Below, piece after piece: positions 56,592 through 64,000 of a DNA stretch of 64,000 nt. Origin of the DNA: an uncultured Gemmatimonadales bacterium (GTDB taxonomy: Bacteria > Gemmatimonadota > Gemmatimonadetes > Gemmatimonadales > Gemmatimonadaceae); the NCBI GenBank assembly GCA_963851265.1, contig CAWKNZ010000007.1, positions 288,001 through 352,000 of the forward strand, written 5' to 3'. Both the position numbers and the translations under genes were made by a program. Within the stretch, counting starts at the first letter, position 1. The number at the start of each line of letters is the position of its first letter. The notes under the pieces are model-generated. The model worked only from the letters and a program-made list of their open reading frames with translations. It was not told where the DNA came from and searched no databases.

Positions 56592-59432
56592 ATGACTGCG
56601 ACCGCGATCACCAGCGTGTTCAACGACGCGTACATCGCCGAGGTCTTCGAGGCGTACCGCCAAGACCCGGCCTCCGTCGACGCTTCCTGGCGCCAGTTCT
56701 TCGGCATGGCGGAGGCGATGTCCGGGCTCGTCCAGGCGGGTGCGGCCGCGCCCGCGCCCGGCGCCACCGACCCGGATCTGCTGCGCAAGGCGGGCGCGGC
56801 CGCGGCGCTCGTGCACGCGATCCGCGAGAACGGCCACCTCGCGGTCGCCCTCGATCCGTTAGGCAGCGCGCCGCCCGGCGCGCGCGAGTTGACGCCCGAG
56901 TTCCACGGGATCGTGGAGGCCGACCTGGCCGGCGTGCCCGCGGCGGCGATCGGCTTCGCCGACGGGCGCTTCGCGACGGCCGCCGACGTGGTCGCGATGC
57001 TGCGGCGCCGGTACTCGGGCGCGCTCGGGATCGAGTACTCGCACCTGACGACGGACGTCGAGCGCGAGTGGTTCCGGACGACGCTTCGCGAGGAGCGACT
57101 CACGGCGCCGCTGTCCGACGACGAGAAGCGGGCGATGCTCGAGCGGCTGACCGAGGTCGACGGGCTCGAGCGATTCCTGGGCTTCGCGTTCCAGGGCAAG
57201 AAGCGCTTCTCGATCGAGGGCACCGACGCGCTCGTGCCGATGCTGGACGAGGCGATCACGCAGGGGGCGGCGCGCGGCGCGCGCGAGATCGCTATCGGGA
57301 TGGCGCATCGCGGGCGGCTCAACGTGCTCGTGCACGTGATGGGCAAGCCGTACGAGGCGCTGTTCGCCGAGTTCGAGGGGCGCCACGCCGATCCGGCGAG
57401 CGACACCGAGACGGGCGACGTGAAGTACCACATGGGGTACGACGGGCGCCGGACGGTGGCCGGGCGCGAGGTGGCGGTGACGCTCGCGCCCAACCCCAGC
57501 CACCTCGAGTTCGTCGGCGCGGTCATCGAGGGAGAGGCGCGGGCGCGGCAGCGCGTGGAGGGCGCGCCCTGGGAGCGCGACGAGTCGCGCGTGCTGCCGA
57601 TCGCGGTGCACGGCGACGCGGCGTTCATGGGCGAGGGCGTCGTGGCCGAATCGCTCAACATGTACCGGCTGCGCGGGTACCGCGTGGGCGGCACGCTGCA
57701 CATCATCACCAACAACCAGGTCGGCTTCACGACCGACCCGATCGACTCGCGCTCGACGCACTACGCGAGCGACCTCGCGAAGGGGTTCGACATCCCGGTG
57801 CTGCACGTCAACGGCGACGACGCCGAGGCGTGCGTGATCGCGGTGCGGCTCGCGACCGCCTACCGCGCCGCCTTCGCGAAGGACGTGCTGATCGACCTCG
57901 TCGGGTACCGGCGCTGGGGGCACAACGAGACCGACGAGCCCGCGTTCACGCAGCCGATGTTGTACGACGCGATCCGCGCGCACCCGACGCCGCGCCAGGT
58001 GTGGGGCGCGCGACTGGTACGCGACGGCGTGCTCGCGGCGGCCGACGTGGAGCGCGTCGACCGCGAGGTGCGCGCGCGGTTCGAGGCGGCGTACGAGCGC
58101 ACGAAGCGGGGCGCGGGCATCGGGGAGGCGCACGCCGCGGCCTCCAACGGCACGGCGACCCACGGCGAGGAGCGCAACGGCGCGGAGAGCAACGGCGCAC
58201 ACGCGGTCGCCACCGCGATCCCCGCCGACCGGCTCGTCGCGTTGCAGACCGAGCTGCTGACGTACCCCGACGGCTTCCAGCCGCACCCGAAGCTCGCGAA
58301 GATCCTCCAGCGCCGCGGCGACGCGTTAGGCGACCGGGGCGGGATCGAGTGGGGTCAGGCCGAGCAGCTCGCGTTCGCGTCGCTGGTGACCGAGGGCGTG
58401 AGCGTACGCCTGACCGGGCAGGACGCGGAGCGCGGCACGTTCGGCCACCGGAACGCGGTGCTGCACGACCCGCGCGACGGGCGGACCTACACTCCGCTCG
58501 CCAACCTCCGGGAACGGCGTGGCGCGTTCGAGGTCTACAACTCGCCGCTCACCGAGACGGCGGTGATGGCGTTCGACTACGGCTTCTCGGTCGCCGCGCC
58601 CGACGCCCTGACGCTCTGGGAAGGGCAATACGGGGACTTCGTCAACGTCGCGCAGACGATCATCGACCAGTTTCTCGTCGCCGACCGCGCGAAGTGGGGG
58701 CAGGATTCCGGGCTCGTGCTGCTCCTGCCACACGGCTACGAGGGTGGCGGCCCGGAGCACTCCTCGGCGCGACTCGAGCGGTTCCTGCAACTCGCGGCGG
58801 AGGGAAACATGACCGTCGCGTACCCGGGCACGCCCGCGCAGTACTTCCACGTCCTGCGGGCGCAGGCGCACCGCGCGTCGCGGCGGCCGCTCGTCCTCAT
58901 GCAGCCCAAGTCGCTGCTCCGACTGCCGACGGCCGCGTCGCGACTCGCGGAGCTGAGCGAGGGCGCGTGGCAGCCCGTGGTCGACCACGGCGCGCTCGAC
59001 GGGCGCGACGCCGGCGCGGTCCGACGTGTGGTGCTGTGCACGGCAAAGACGTTCTACGACCTCACCCAGCAGGAAGTACCGTCGGCGGTGGCAGTGGTAC
59101 GCGTCGACCAGCTCTATCCGTTCCCGGACGCGGAGCTGCGGACGGTCCTCGCGCGGTACGCCAACGCGCGTGAGGTGGTGTGGGCGCAGGAGGAGCCGCA
59201 GAACATGGGCGCGTGGGGGTTCGCCGCGCCGCGGCTCACGGCGGCGCTGTCGGGCAGGGCGCGGCTGCGCTACACGGGTCGTCCGGAGCGGGCGAGTCCG
59301 GCCGAAGGGTACGAGTCGGCGCACAAGGCCGAGCAAGCGCGGATAGTGGCCGAGGCGCTCGCCGTACCGCAGGAGGCGGTCGACGGCGAGGCCGTCTCCT
59401 CTCCGATCGAGGTCGAGGCGGCGAGCGGCTGA
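56592..59432 (+). CDS. sucA: 2-oxoglutarate dehydrogenase E1
   Basis: GKKRFSIEG, GMAHRGRLN, GDVKYH, NPSHLE, HGDAAF, LPHGYEG.GPEHSSAR.ER. Confidence 0.95.
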   Translation: MTATAITSVFNDAYIAEVFEAYRQDPASVDASWRQFFGMAEAMSGLVQAGAAAPAPGATDPDLLRKAGAAAALVHAIRENGHLAVALDPLGSAPPGARELTPEFHGIVEADLAGVPAAAIGFADGRFATAADVVAMLRRRYSGALGIEYSHLTTDVEREWFRTTLREERLTAPLSDDEKRAMLERLTEVDGLERFLGFAFQGKKRFSIEGTDALVPMLDEAITQGAARGAREIAIGMAHRGRLNVLVHVMGKPYEALFAEFEGRHADPASDTETGDVKYHMGYDGRRTVAGREVAVTLAPNPSHLEFVGAVIEGEARARQRVEGAPWERDESRVLPIAVHGDAAFMGEGVVAESLNMYRLRGYRVGGTLHIITNNQVGFTTDPIDSRSTHYASDLAKGFDIPVLHVNGDDAEACVIAVRLATAYRAAFAKDVLIDLVGYRRWGHNETDEPAFTQPMLYDAIRAHPTPRQVWGARLVRDGVLAAADVERVDREVRARFEAAYERTKRGAGIGEAHAAASNGTATHGEERNGAESNGAHAVATAIPADRLVALQTELLTYPDGFQPHPKLAKILQRRGDALGDRGGIEWGQAEQLAFASLVTEGVSVRLTGQDAERGTFGHRNAVLHDPRDGRTYTPLANLRERRGAFEVYNSPLTETAVMAFDYGFSVAAPDALTLWEGQYGDFVNVAQTIIDQFLVADRAKWGQDSGLVLLLPHGYEGGGPEHSSARLERFLQLAAEGNMTVAYPGTPAQYFHVLRAQAHRASRRPLVLMQPKSLLRLPTAASRLAELSEGAWQPVVDHGALDGRDAGAVRRVVLCTAKTFYDLTQQEVPSAVAVVRVDQLYPFPDAELRTVLARYANAREVVWAQEEPQNMGAWGFAAPRLTAALSGRARLRYTGRPERASPAEGYESAHKAEQARIVAEALAVPQEAVDGEAVSSPIEVEAASG

Positions 59433-59700
59433 GGCGTCGGCTCGACGGTCGCGCCGCGAGGGCGGCGCGGGCGGCGACGTCGAGGCTCGCTTCGGCCCCG
59501 CGCTGCCGCCCGCGCCGAGTGCGATCGCGAGGGAAGTGCGTGCGGGCGTCGCGGCGGACCTCGTGGCGACGACGGGGAGCCCGCCGCATCGAGGAACGAG
59601 CGTCGATCCCTCGGCGCGCACTCGCGCCGCGTAAAGCCGCGTATACTCGACCCGTGCGTCCCTCCGCGCCTCGCATCATGGATCTTTCGCTCCGCTACGC

Positions 59701-62448
59701 ATGACCTGTTTCTCTCTCGCTCGGGCGGTCCGGCATCGACGCGGACTCCTCGCCGCCGCGGCCGGCGTGGTCGTGGCGGCGCCGACGGTGCGCGCGCAAA
59801 CGTCCACGGCGTATGAGCCGCGCGGGGCGGCGGAGCTGTCCCAGCTCGTCGACGGGCTCGGCATGACCGCGCGGGTGCTGGTGATCGGCGCGCACCCCGA
59901 CGACGAGGACACGCGCCTGATCGCGTACCTCGCGCGGGGGCGGCACGCGGAGACGGCGTACCTGTCGCTCACGCGCGGCGACGGCGGGCAGAACCTGATC
60001 GGCAACGAACTCGGCGAGGCGTTAGGCGCGATCCGGACCGAGGAGCTGCTCGCCGCGCGGCGGATCGACGGCGGGCACCAGTACTTCACGCGGGCATTCG
60101 ACTTCGGGTTTTCGAAGACGGCGGAGGAGACGTTCCGGCACTGGCCGCGCGACACGGTGCTGGGCGACGTGGTGCGCGTGGTGCGCGCGTTCCGGCCGCA
60201 GGTCGTCATCGCGATCTTCTCGGGCACGCCGGCCGACGGACACGGACACCACCAGGCGAGCGGGATCCTCGCGCGCGAGGCGTACGACGCGGCGGGCGAC
60301 ACGGTGCGGTTCCCGGCGGCGCAGTTCGGGCCCGCGTGGTCGGTCGGGAAGTTCTACCGGAACACGAGCTACCGCGGCGGCGAAACGGCGACGCTGCGGT
60401 ACAACGCCGGGGCGTACGACCCGGTGTTAGGCAGGAGCTACGCGCAGGTCGCCGCGATCAGCCGGAGCCAACACAAGTCCCAGGGGCAGGGCGGCCTGGA
60501 GCGGAAGGGCGTGTCGATCGTGAGCATGCGGCGCGAGGCGACGCGCGTCAACGAGGGCACGCCCGCGAACGCCGAGCGCGACCTGTTCGACGGAATCGAC
60601 ACGACGGTGTTCCGTGGACAGGCGCTCTCGGCGCCGGACCGTCCGCGCGCCCGCGTCGACGCGCTCGCGGCGGCGATCGAGGAGGTCCAACGCACGCTGG
60701 ACCTCCGCCGCCCCGAGCGCGTCCTCCCCGCGCTCCTGCGCGCCCGCGCCGACGCGGCCGCACTCAACGTCTCCCGGCCGGCGGCCGGTCCGCGTCCGAG
60801 CGACGGCCCGGGTTACGACGACGCGCCGCAGCAGGTGCCCGGACGCATCGACCGCGCGATCGTGCTCGCTTCGGGGTTGGCCGCGGAGGTCGAGATGTCG
60901 CGCGAGGTCGTCGCCGCCGGCGACAGCGTGCCGCTCACGGTCGCGGTCTACAACCGCGGACGTCAGCCGATCGCACTGACCGGGTTGACCTTCGGCGGCT
61001 GGTCGCACGGCTTTGGACGCAGCGGCCCCGGCGTGTTCGGCGTCTCGGGCTACCCGATCATCCTGCCGGATAGTTCGTTGCGAATCGCCATGAAGGCGTC
61101 CGCGGCGGGGCCGACGGGCGCGGGCGACCGCCCGTCGTACGCGTACACGCAGCCGGGCTGGCTCCTCGGCGGCCGAAACGGCGACTTCTATCGCGACCCG
61201 CTGTCGTTCTCGCAAACCGACGCCACGTTCAACGGACAGGTACTCAACGCGGCCGCCGTGCTCGTGAGTTTTGCGATCGCGCCCGCGGAAGGTGCGTCGG
61301 CACTGCGGACCGATGCCATCGTCACGACGCTCGTCCCGGCGGTGTTCCGCGAGGTGGATCCGGTCCGCGGCGAGGTCGACCGGCGCGTCGCGCTGGCCCC
61401 CGCACTCTCCGTTACGCTCGACCGCGCGGTCGAGTACGCTCGCGCCGACGTTCCACTCGATCGCGTCGTCACCGTGCACCTGCGGTCGGCGTCGACTGCC
61501 GCGCGCACCGCGACCGTCCGCCTGGCGCTCCCGGCCGGACTGACGGCTGACTCCGCGGCGCGCACGGTCACGCTCCCTGGATACGACGCGCGGGCCGCGG
61601 TCGACTTCCGCGTACGCGGCACGCTCCGCCCCGGCCGCGTCGTGGTGCGGGCCTCGGCCGAGTCGAACGGCGACCGGTTCGCGACCGGCTACCAACTCCT
61701 CGACTACGACCACATCCGCGCGCAGCGCCTGTACCGCCCGGCCGAGACGGCGATCGAGGCCGTCGACGTCGCGCTCCCGGCGCACGCGACCGTGGCCTAC
61801 GTGCCGGGCGTGGGCGACAACGTCGCGCCGACGCTCGCCGACCTCGGCATCCCGGTCACGGTACTCGACTCGACCGCGTTAGGCGCCGGCGACCTCTCGA
61901 AGTACACGCACGTCGTGATCGGCCCGCGCGCCTACGAGAGCAACGCCGCGCTCGCCGCCAACAACGGCCGCTTGATGGACTGGGTGGCCCGCGGCGGCAC
62001 GATGGTCGTCCAGTACGGGCAGTACGAGATGACGCGCCCGGGCGTGATGCCGTACCCGATCACGCTCGGGAGACCGGCGCAGCGCGTGACGATCGAGGAG
62101 GCGCCGGTGACGGTGCTCGACCCGGCGGCGGGGGTGCTCGGAGTGCCCAACCGCATCGGCGCGGCGGACTGGCGGGGGTGGGTACAGGAACGGTCGACCT
62201 ACATGCCCGAGACCGCCGACCCGCGCTACCGCACGGCGATCGCGATCCACGACCCGGGCGAGGCGCCAAACGCCAACGGCATCCTCCTCGCGCCCGTGGG
62301 GCGCGGGACGTACGTGTACGTCACGCTCGCCCTCTTCCGCCAGCTGCCGGCGGGGGTGCCGGGCGCGGCGCGCCTGATGGCAAACCTGCTCGCGGCACGC
62401 GCGCCGGCGGTGAATGCGGAGGCGACGCGCCCGGCGACCGGGCGCTGA
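59701..62448 (+). CDS. Exported PIG-L/LmbE-family deacetylase with Ig-like (NEW3-like) and C-terminal GATase-like regions
   Basis: AHPDDE, TRGDGGQN, RT.E, DFGFSK, HGHH; TATACT -10 box at 59642. Confidence 0.9.
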   Translation: MTCFSLARAVRHRRGLLAAAAGVVVAAPTVRAQTSTAYEPRGAAELSQLVDGLGMTARVLVIGAHPDDEDTRLIAYLARGRHAETAYLSLTRGDGGQNLIGNELGEALGAIRTEELLAARRIDGGHQYFTRAFDFGFSKTAEETFRHWPRDTVLGDVVRVVRAFRPQVVIAIFSGTPADGHGHHQASGILAREAYDAAGDTVRFPAAQFGPAWSVGKFYRNTSYRGGETATLRYNAGAYDPVLGRSYAQVAAISRSQHKSQGQGGLERKGVSIVSMRREATRVNEGTPANAERDLFDGIDTTVFRGQALSAPDRPRARVDALAAAIEEVQRTLDLRRPERVLPALLRARADAAALNVSRPAAGPRPSDGPGYDDAPQQVPGRIDRAIVLASGLAAEVEMSREVVAAGDSVPLTVAVYNRGRQPIALTGLTFGGWSHGFGRSGPGVFGVSGYPIILPDSSLRIAMKASAAGPTGAGDRPSYAYTQPGWLLGGRNGDFYRDPLSFSQTDATFNGQVLNAAAVLVSFAIAPAEGASALRTDAIVTTLVPAVFREVDPVRGEVDRRVALAPALSVTLDRAVEYARADVPLDRVVTVHLRSASTAARTATVRLALPAGLTADSAARTVTLPGYDARAAVDFRVRGTLRPGRVVVRASAESNGDRFATGYQLLDYDHIRAQRLYRPAETAIEAVDVALPAHATVAYVPGVGDNVAPTLADLGIPVTVLDSTALGAGDLSKYTHVVIGPRAYESNAALAANNGRLMDWVARGGTMVVQYGQYEMTRPGVMPYPITLGRPAQRVTIEEAPVTVLDPAAGVLGVPNRIGAADWRGWVQERSTYMPETADPRYRTAIAIHDPGEAPNANGILLAPVGRGTYVYVTLALFRQLPAGVPGAARLMANLLAARAPAVNAEATRPATGR

Positions 62449-64000
62449 CCAGCATCCCCACGGCCAGCACCACCAGCGTGCCCACCACGTTGTGCCAGAG
62501 GAACGACACGCTCGGCGCGCCGAAGTTCACCGCGGCCACCGCGCCCATCCCGGCGAGGAGACCGGCGAACGCCCCCGCCGCGCGCGCGCGCGGCAGCATC
62601 GCCAGGAAGAACACGCCGAGGATCGAGCCGTAGAAGAACGAGCCGAATCGGTTCACGACTTCGATGAGCGAGCCGAGCGTGGCCGCGTAGACCGCCACGC
62701 CGCACGCGAACGCGCCCCAGAGCGCGGTCGCGACGCGCGACGCGTTCAGGTAATGCGCGTCGCTCGCGCCGGCGCGCACCCACCGGCGGTAGAGGTCGAT
62801 CACGCTGGCCGTGGCGAGCGAGTTCAGTTCCGCGGCGACGGCCGCCATCGCCGCCGCGATTACGCCGGCGACGAACAGCCCCGCGAGCCCCACCGGGAGC
62901 TCGCGCGTGACGAAGTGCGGGATGATGTAGTTGACGTCCTTCGCGGGCGAGCCACCGGCCGCGCGCCCCGCGAGGGATAGCGCCTCGTTGCGGACCTGGC
63001 TCACGGCCGAATCGCGCGCCCGGAAGGTCGCGACCGCCGCAGCCGCGCGCGGCTCGCGGGCCAATGCCGCCGCCGCGTCGCGCCGCGCCTGCCACGCCGC
63101 GCCGTAGCGGGTCTCGAGCGCCGCGTAGGACGCGGGCGCGGCGGCGCGCGCCTGCTGCGCGTGGGCCGGGTTGTAGTAGAGCGGGGGGCGCTGAAACTGG
63201 TAGAACACGAACACGAGCACGCCGATCATCAGCACCGCGGCCTGCAGCGGGATCTTCCAGTACGCGCTCACGAGCAGCGACCGGCGCGCCTCGTCCACCG
63301 AACGCGCGGCGAGGTAGCGCTGCACCTGGCTCTGGTCGGTGCCGAAGTACGACAGCATCAAGAAGGTGCCGCCTAACACTCCGGACCAGAACGTGTAGGT
63401 GTTGGTCAGCGAGAACGAGAAGTCGAACGCGCGGAGCCGCCCCGCGGCCCCGGCCACGTGGAGCGCCGCCGCCGGTGACACCGGGATGCGGTGGAGCAGC
63501 ACGAGCACCACGCCCGCGACGGCGACGGTGATGAGCCCCATCTGCTTGACATCGGCCCACGCGACGGCCTGGACCCCGCCAGCCACGGTGTACAGCACGG
63601 CCGGCACGCCCACGAGGGCCACGCACCACGGCAGCGGCCACCCGAAAACGGCGGAGAAGACCACGGCTGGCGCCGCGATGATGGTGCCGCACGACATCCC
63701 CCGCGAGAGGAGGAAGAGCGTCGCCGTCAGCGTCCGCGTCCGCGCGTCGAACCGCCGCTCCAGATACTCGTAGGCAGTGTAGACGCCGGCCCGTCGAAGG
63801 AACGGGACGAGGGTCACGCCGAGCACCACCATCGCCACGGGCAGGCCGAAGTAGAACTGCACGAACCGGAGGCCGTCGACCGCGCCCTGCCCGGTGGTGC
63901 CGATCATGGTCACCGCCGAGAGCTGCGTGGCCATGACCGACAGGCCTACCGCCCACCACGGGAGGCTGCGTCCGGCGAGCAGGTAAGCTTCGAGATCGCG
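62321..64000 (-). CDS. Sodium:solute symporter (5' end outside window)
   Basis: LPWWAVGLSVMATQLSA, TAYEYLE.RF, GG..AV.W.D, YFGTDQSQVQRY. Confidence 0.93.
   Translation of the reverse strand, partial: RDLEAYLLAGRSLPWWAVGLSVMATQLSAVTMIGTTGQGAVDGLRFVQFYFGLPVAMVVLGVTLVPFLRRAGVYTAYEYLERRFDARTRTLTATLFLLSRGMSCGTIIAAPAVVFSAVFGWPLPWCVALVGVPAVLYTVAGGVQAVAWADVKQMGLITVAVAGVVLVLLHRIPVSPAAALHVAGAAGRLRAFDFSFSLTNTYTFWSGVLGGTFLMLSYFGTDQSQVQRYLAARSVDEARRSLLVSAYWKIPLQAAVLMIGVLVFVFYQFQRPPLYYNPAHAQQARAAAPASYAALETRYGAAWQARRDAAAALAREPRAAAAVATFRARDSAVSQVRNEALSLAGRAAGGSPAKDVNYIIPHFVTRELPVGLAGLFVAGVIAAAMAAVAAELNSLATASVIDLYRRWVRAGASDAHYLNASRVATALWGAFACGVAVYAATLGSLIEVVNRFGSFFYGSILGVFFLAMLPRARAAGAFAGLLAGMGAVAAVNFGAPSVSFLWHNVVGTLVVLAVGMLVSARSPGASPPHSPPARVPRAGLPSGAPRPAPPPAAGGRGRA

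Larger units (their letters stand above)
749..63377. repeat. Dispersed heptamer GTTAGGC/GCCTAAC, 20 exact copies
   Basis: Start positions 749, 2357, 3838, 8727, 10071, 13429, 15807, 17817, 18658, 20613, 26354, 27071, 31982, 45940, 56858, 58325, 60021, 60426, 61878, 63371. Confidence 0.85.

Noticed and set aside
749..63377. GCCTAAC/GTTAGGC as integron attC sites
   Set aside because: They fit RYYYAAC/GTTRRRY, but no GCCTAAC...GTTAGGC pair lies within about 60-140 bp, they sit inside genes, and there is no intI or cassette array.
749..63377. bldA-like TTA codon regulation, or a telomere-like TTAGGC repeat
   Set aside because: The TTA codons are confined to one flanking context and the same motif occurs antisense as CCT-AAC, so it is a DNA motif rather than a codon effect; the copies are never tandem.
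1..64000. Many long Arg/Ala/Pro-rich ORFs (e.g. 41281-43959, 44377-46659, most of 35057-37957, 11314-13434)
   Set aside because: Antisense or off-frame shadows of real genes, expected where stop codons are rare in GC-rich DNA.
1..64000. CRISPR arrays, tRNA/rRNA, IS elements, prophage
   Set aside because: No regularly spaced repeats, cloverleaf or rRNA-like segments, or transposase/integrase/phage motifs seen by eye.

Overview
Very GC-rich bacterial chromosomal segment (roughly three-quarters G+C by eye). Gene content and style (Hanks kinase-TM-TPR protein, many low-complexity lipoproteins, S9 peptidase) suggest Gemmatimonadota; this is inference. About 54 credible CDSs. They include a kdp locus (kdpE, N-terminally truncated kdpD, a micro-peptide, kdpF, kdpA, partial kdpB), a Ser/Thr kinase, P450 and a spermidine-synthase-like membrane protein divergent from tetR-tolC-MFP with no permease, an Xre/RES toxin-antitoxin pair, dedA-acvB/virJ, acyl-CoA dehydrogenase-MFS-hydrolase, GH13, a long minus-strand run (recQ, mscS, L,D-transpeptidase, sufE, CDGSH, plsC-like, epimerase, DHDPS-like), msrPQ followed by a secreted Met-rich repeat protein, a PAS kinase with sucA, a PIG-L protein and an SSS symporter. 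I saw no rRNA, tRNA, CRISPR array, transposase or integrase. The strongest unexplained signal is the non-palindromic heptamer GTTAGGC/GCCTAAC: 20 exact copies on both strands, all within genes, accounting for almost every TTAG/CTAA seen and forcing rare TTA or CCT codons. Most long ORFs in the supplied track are GC-rich shadow frames.
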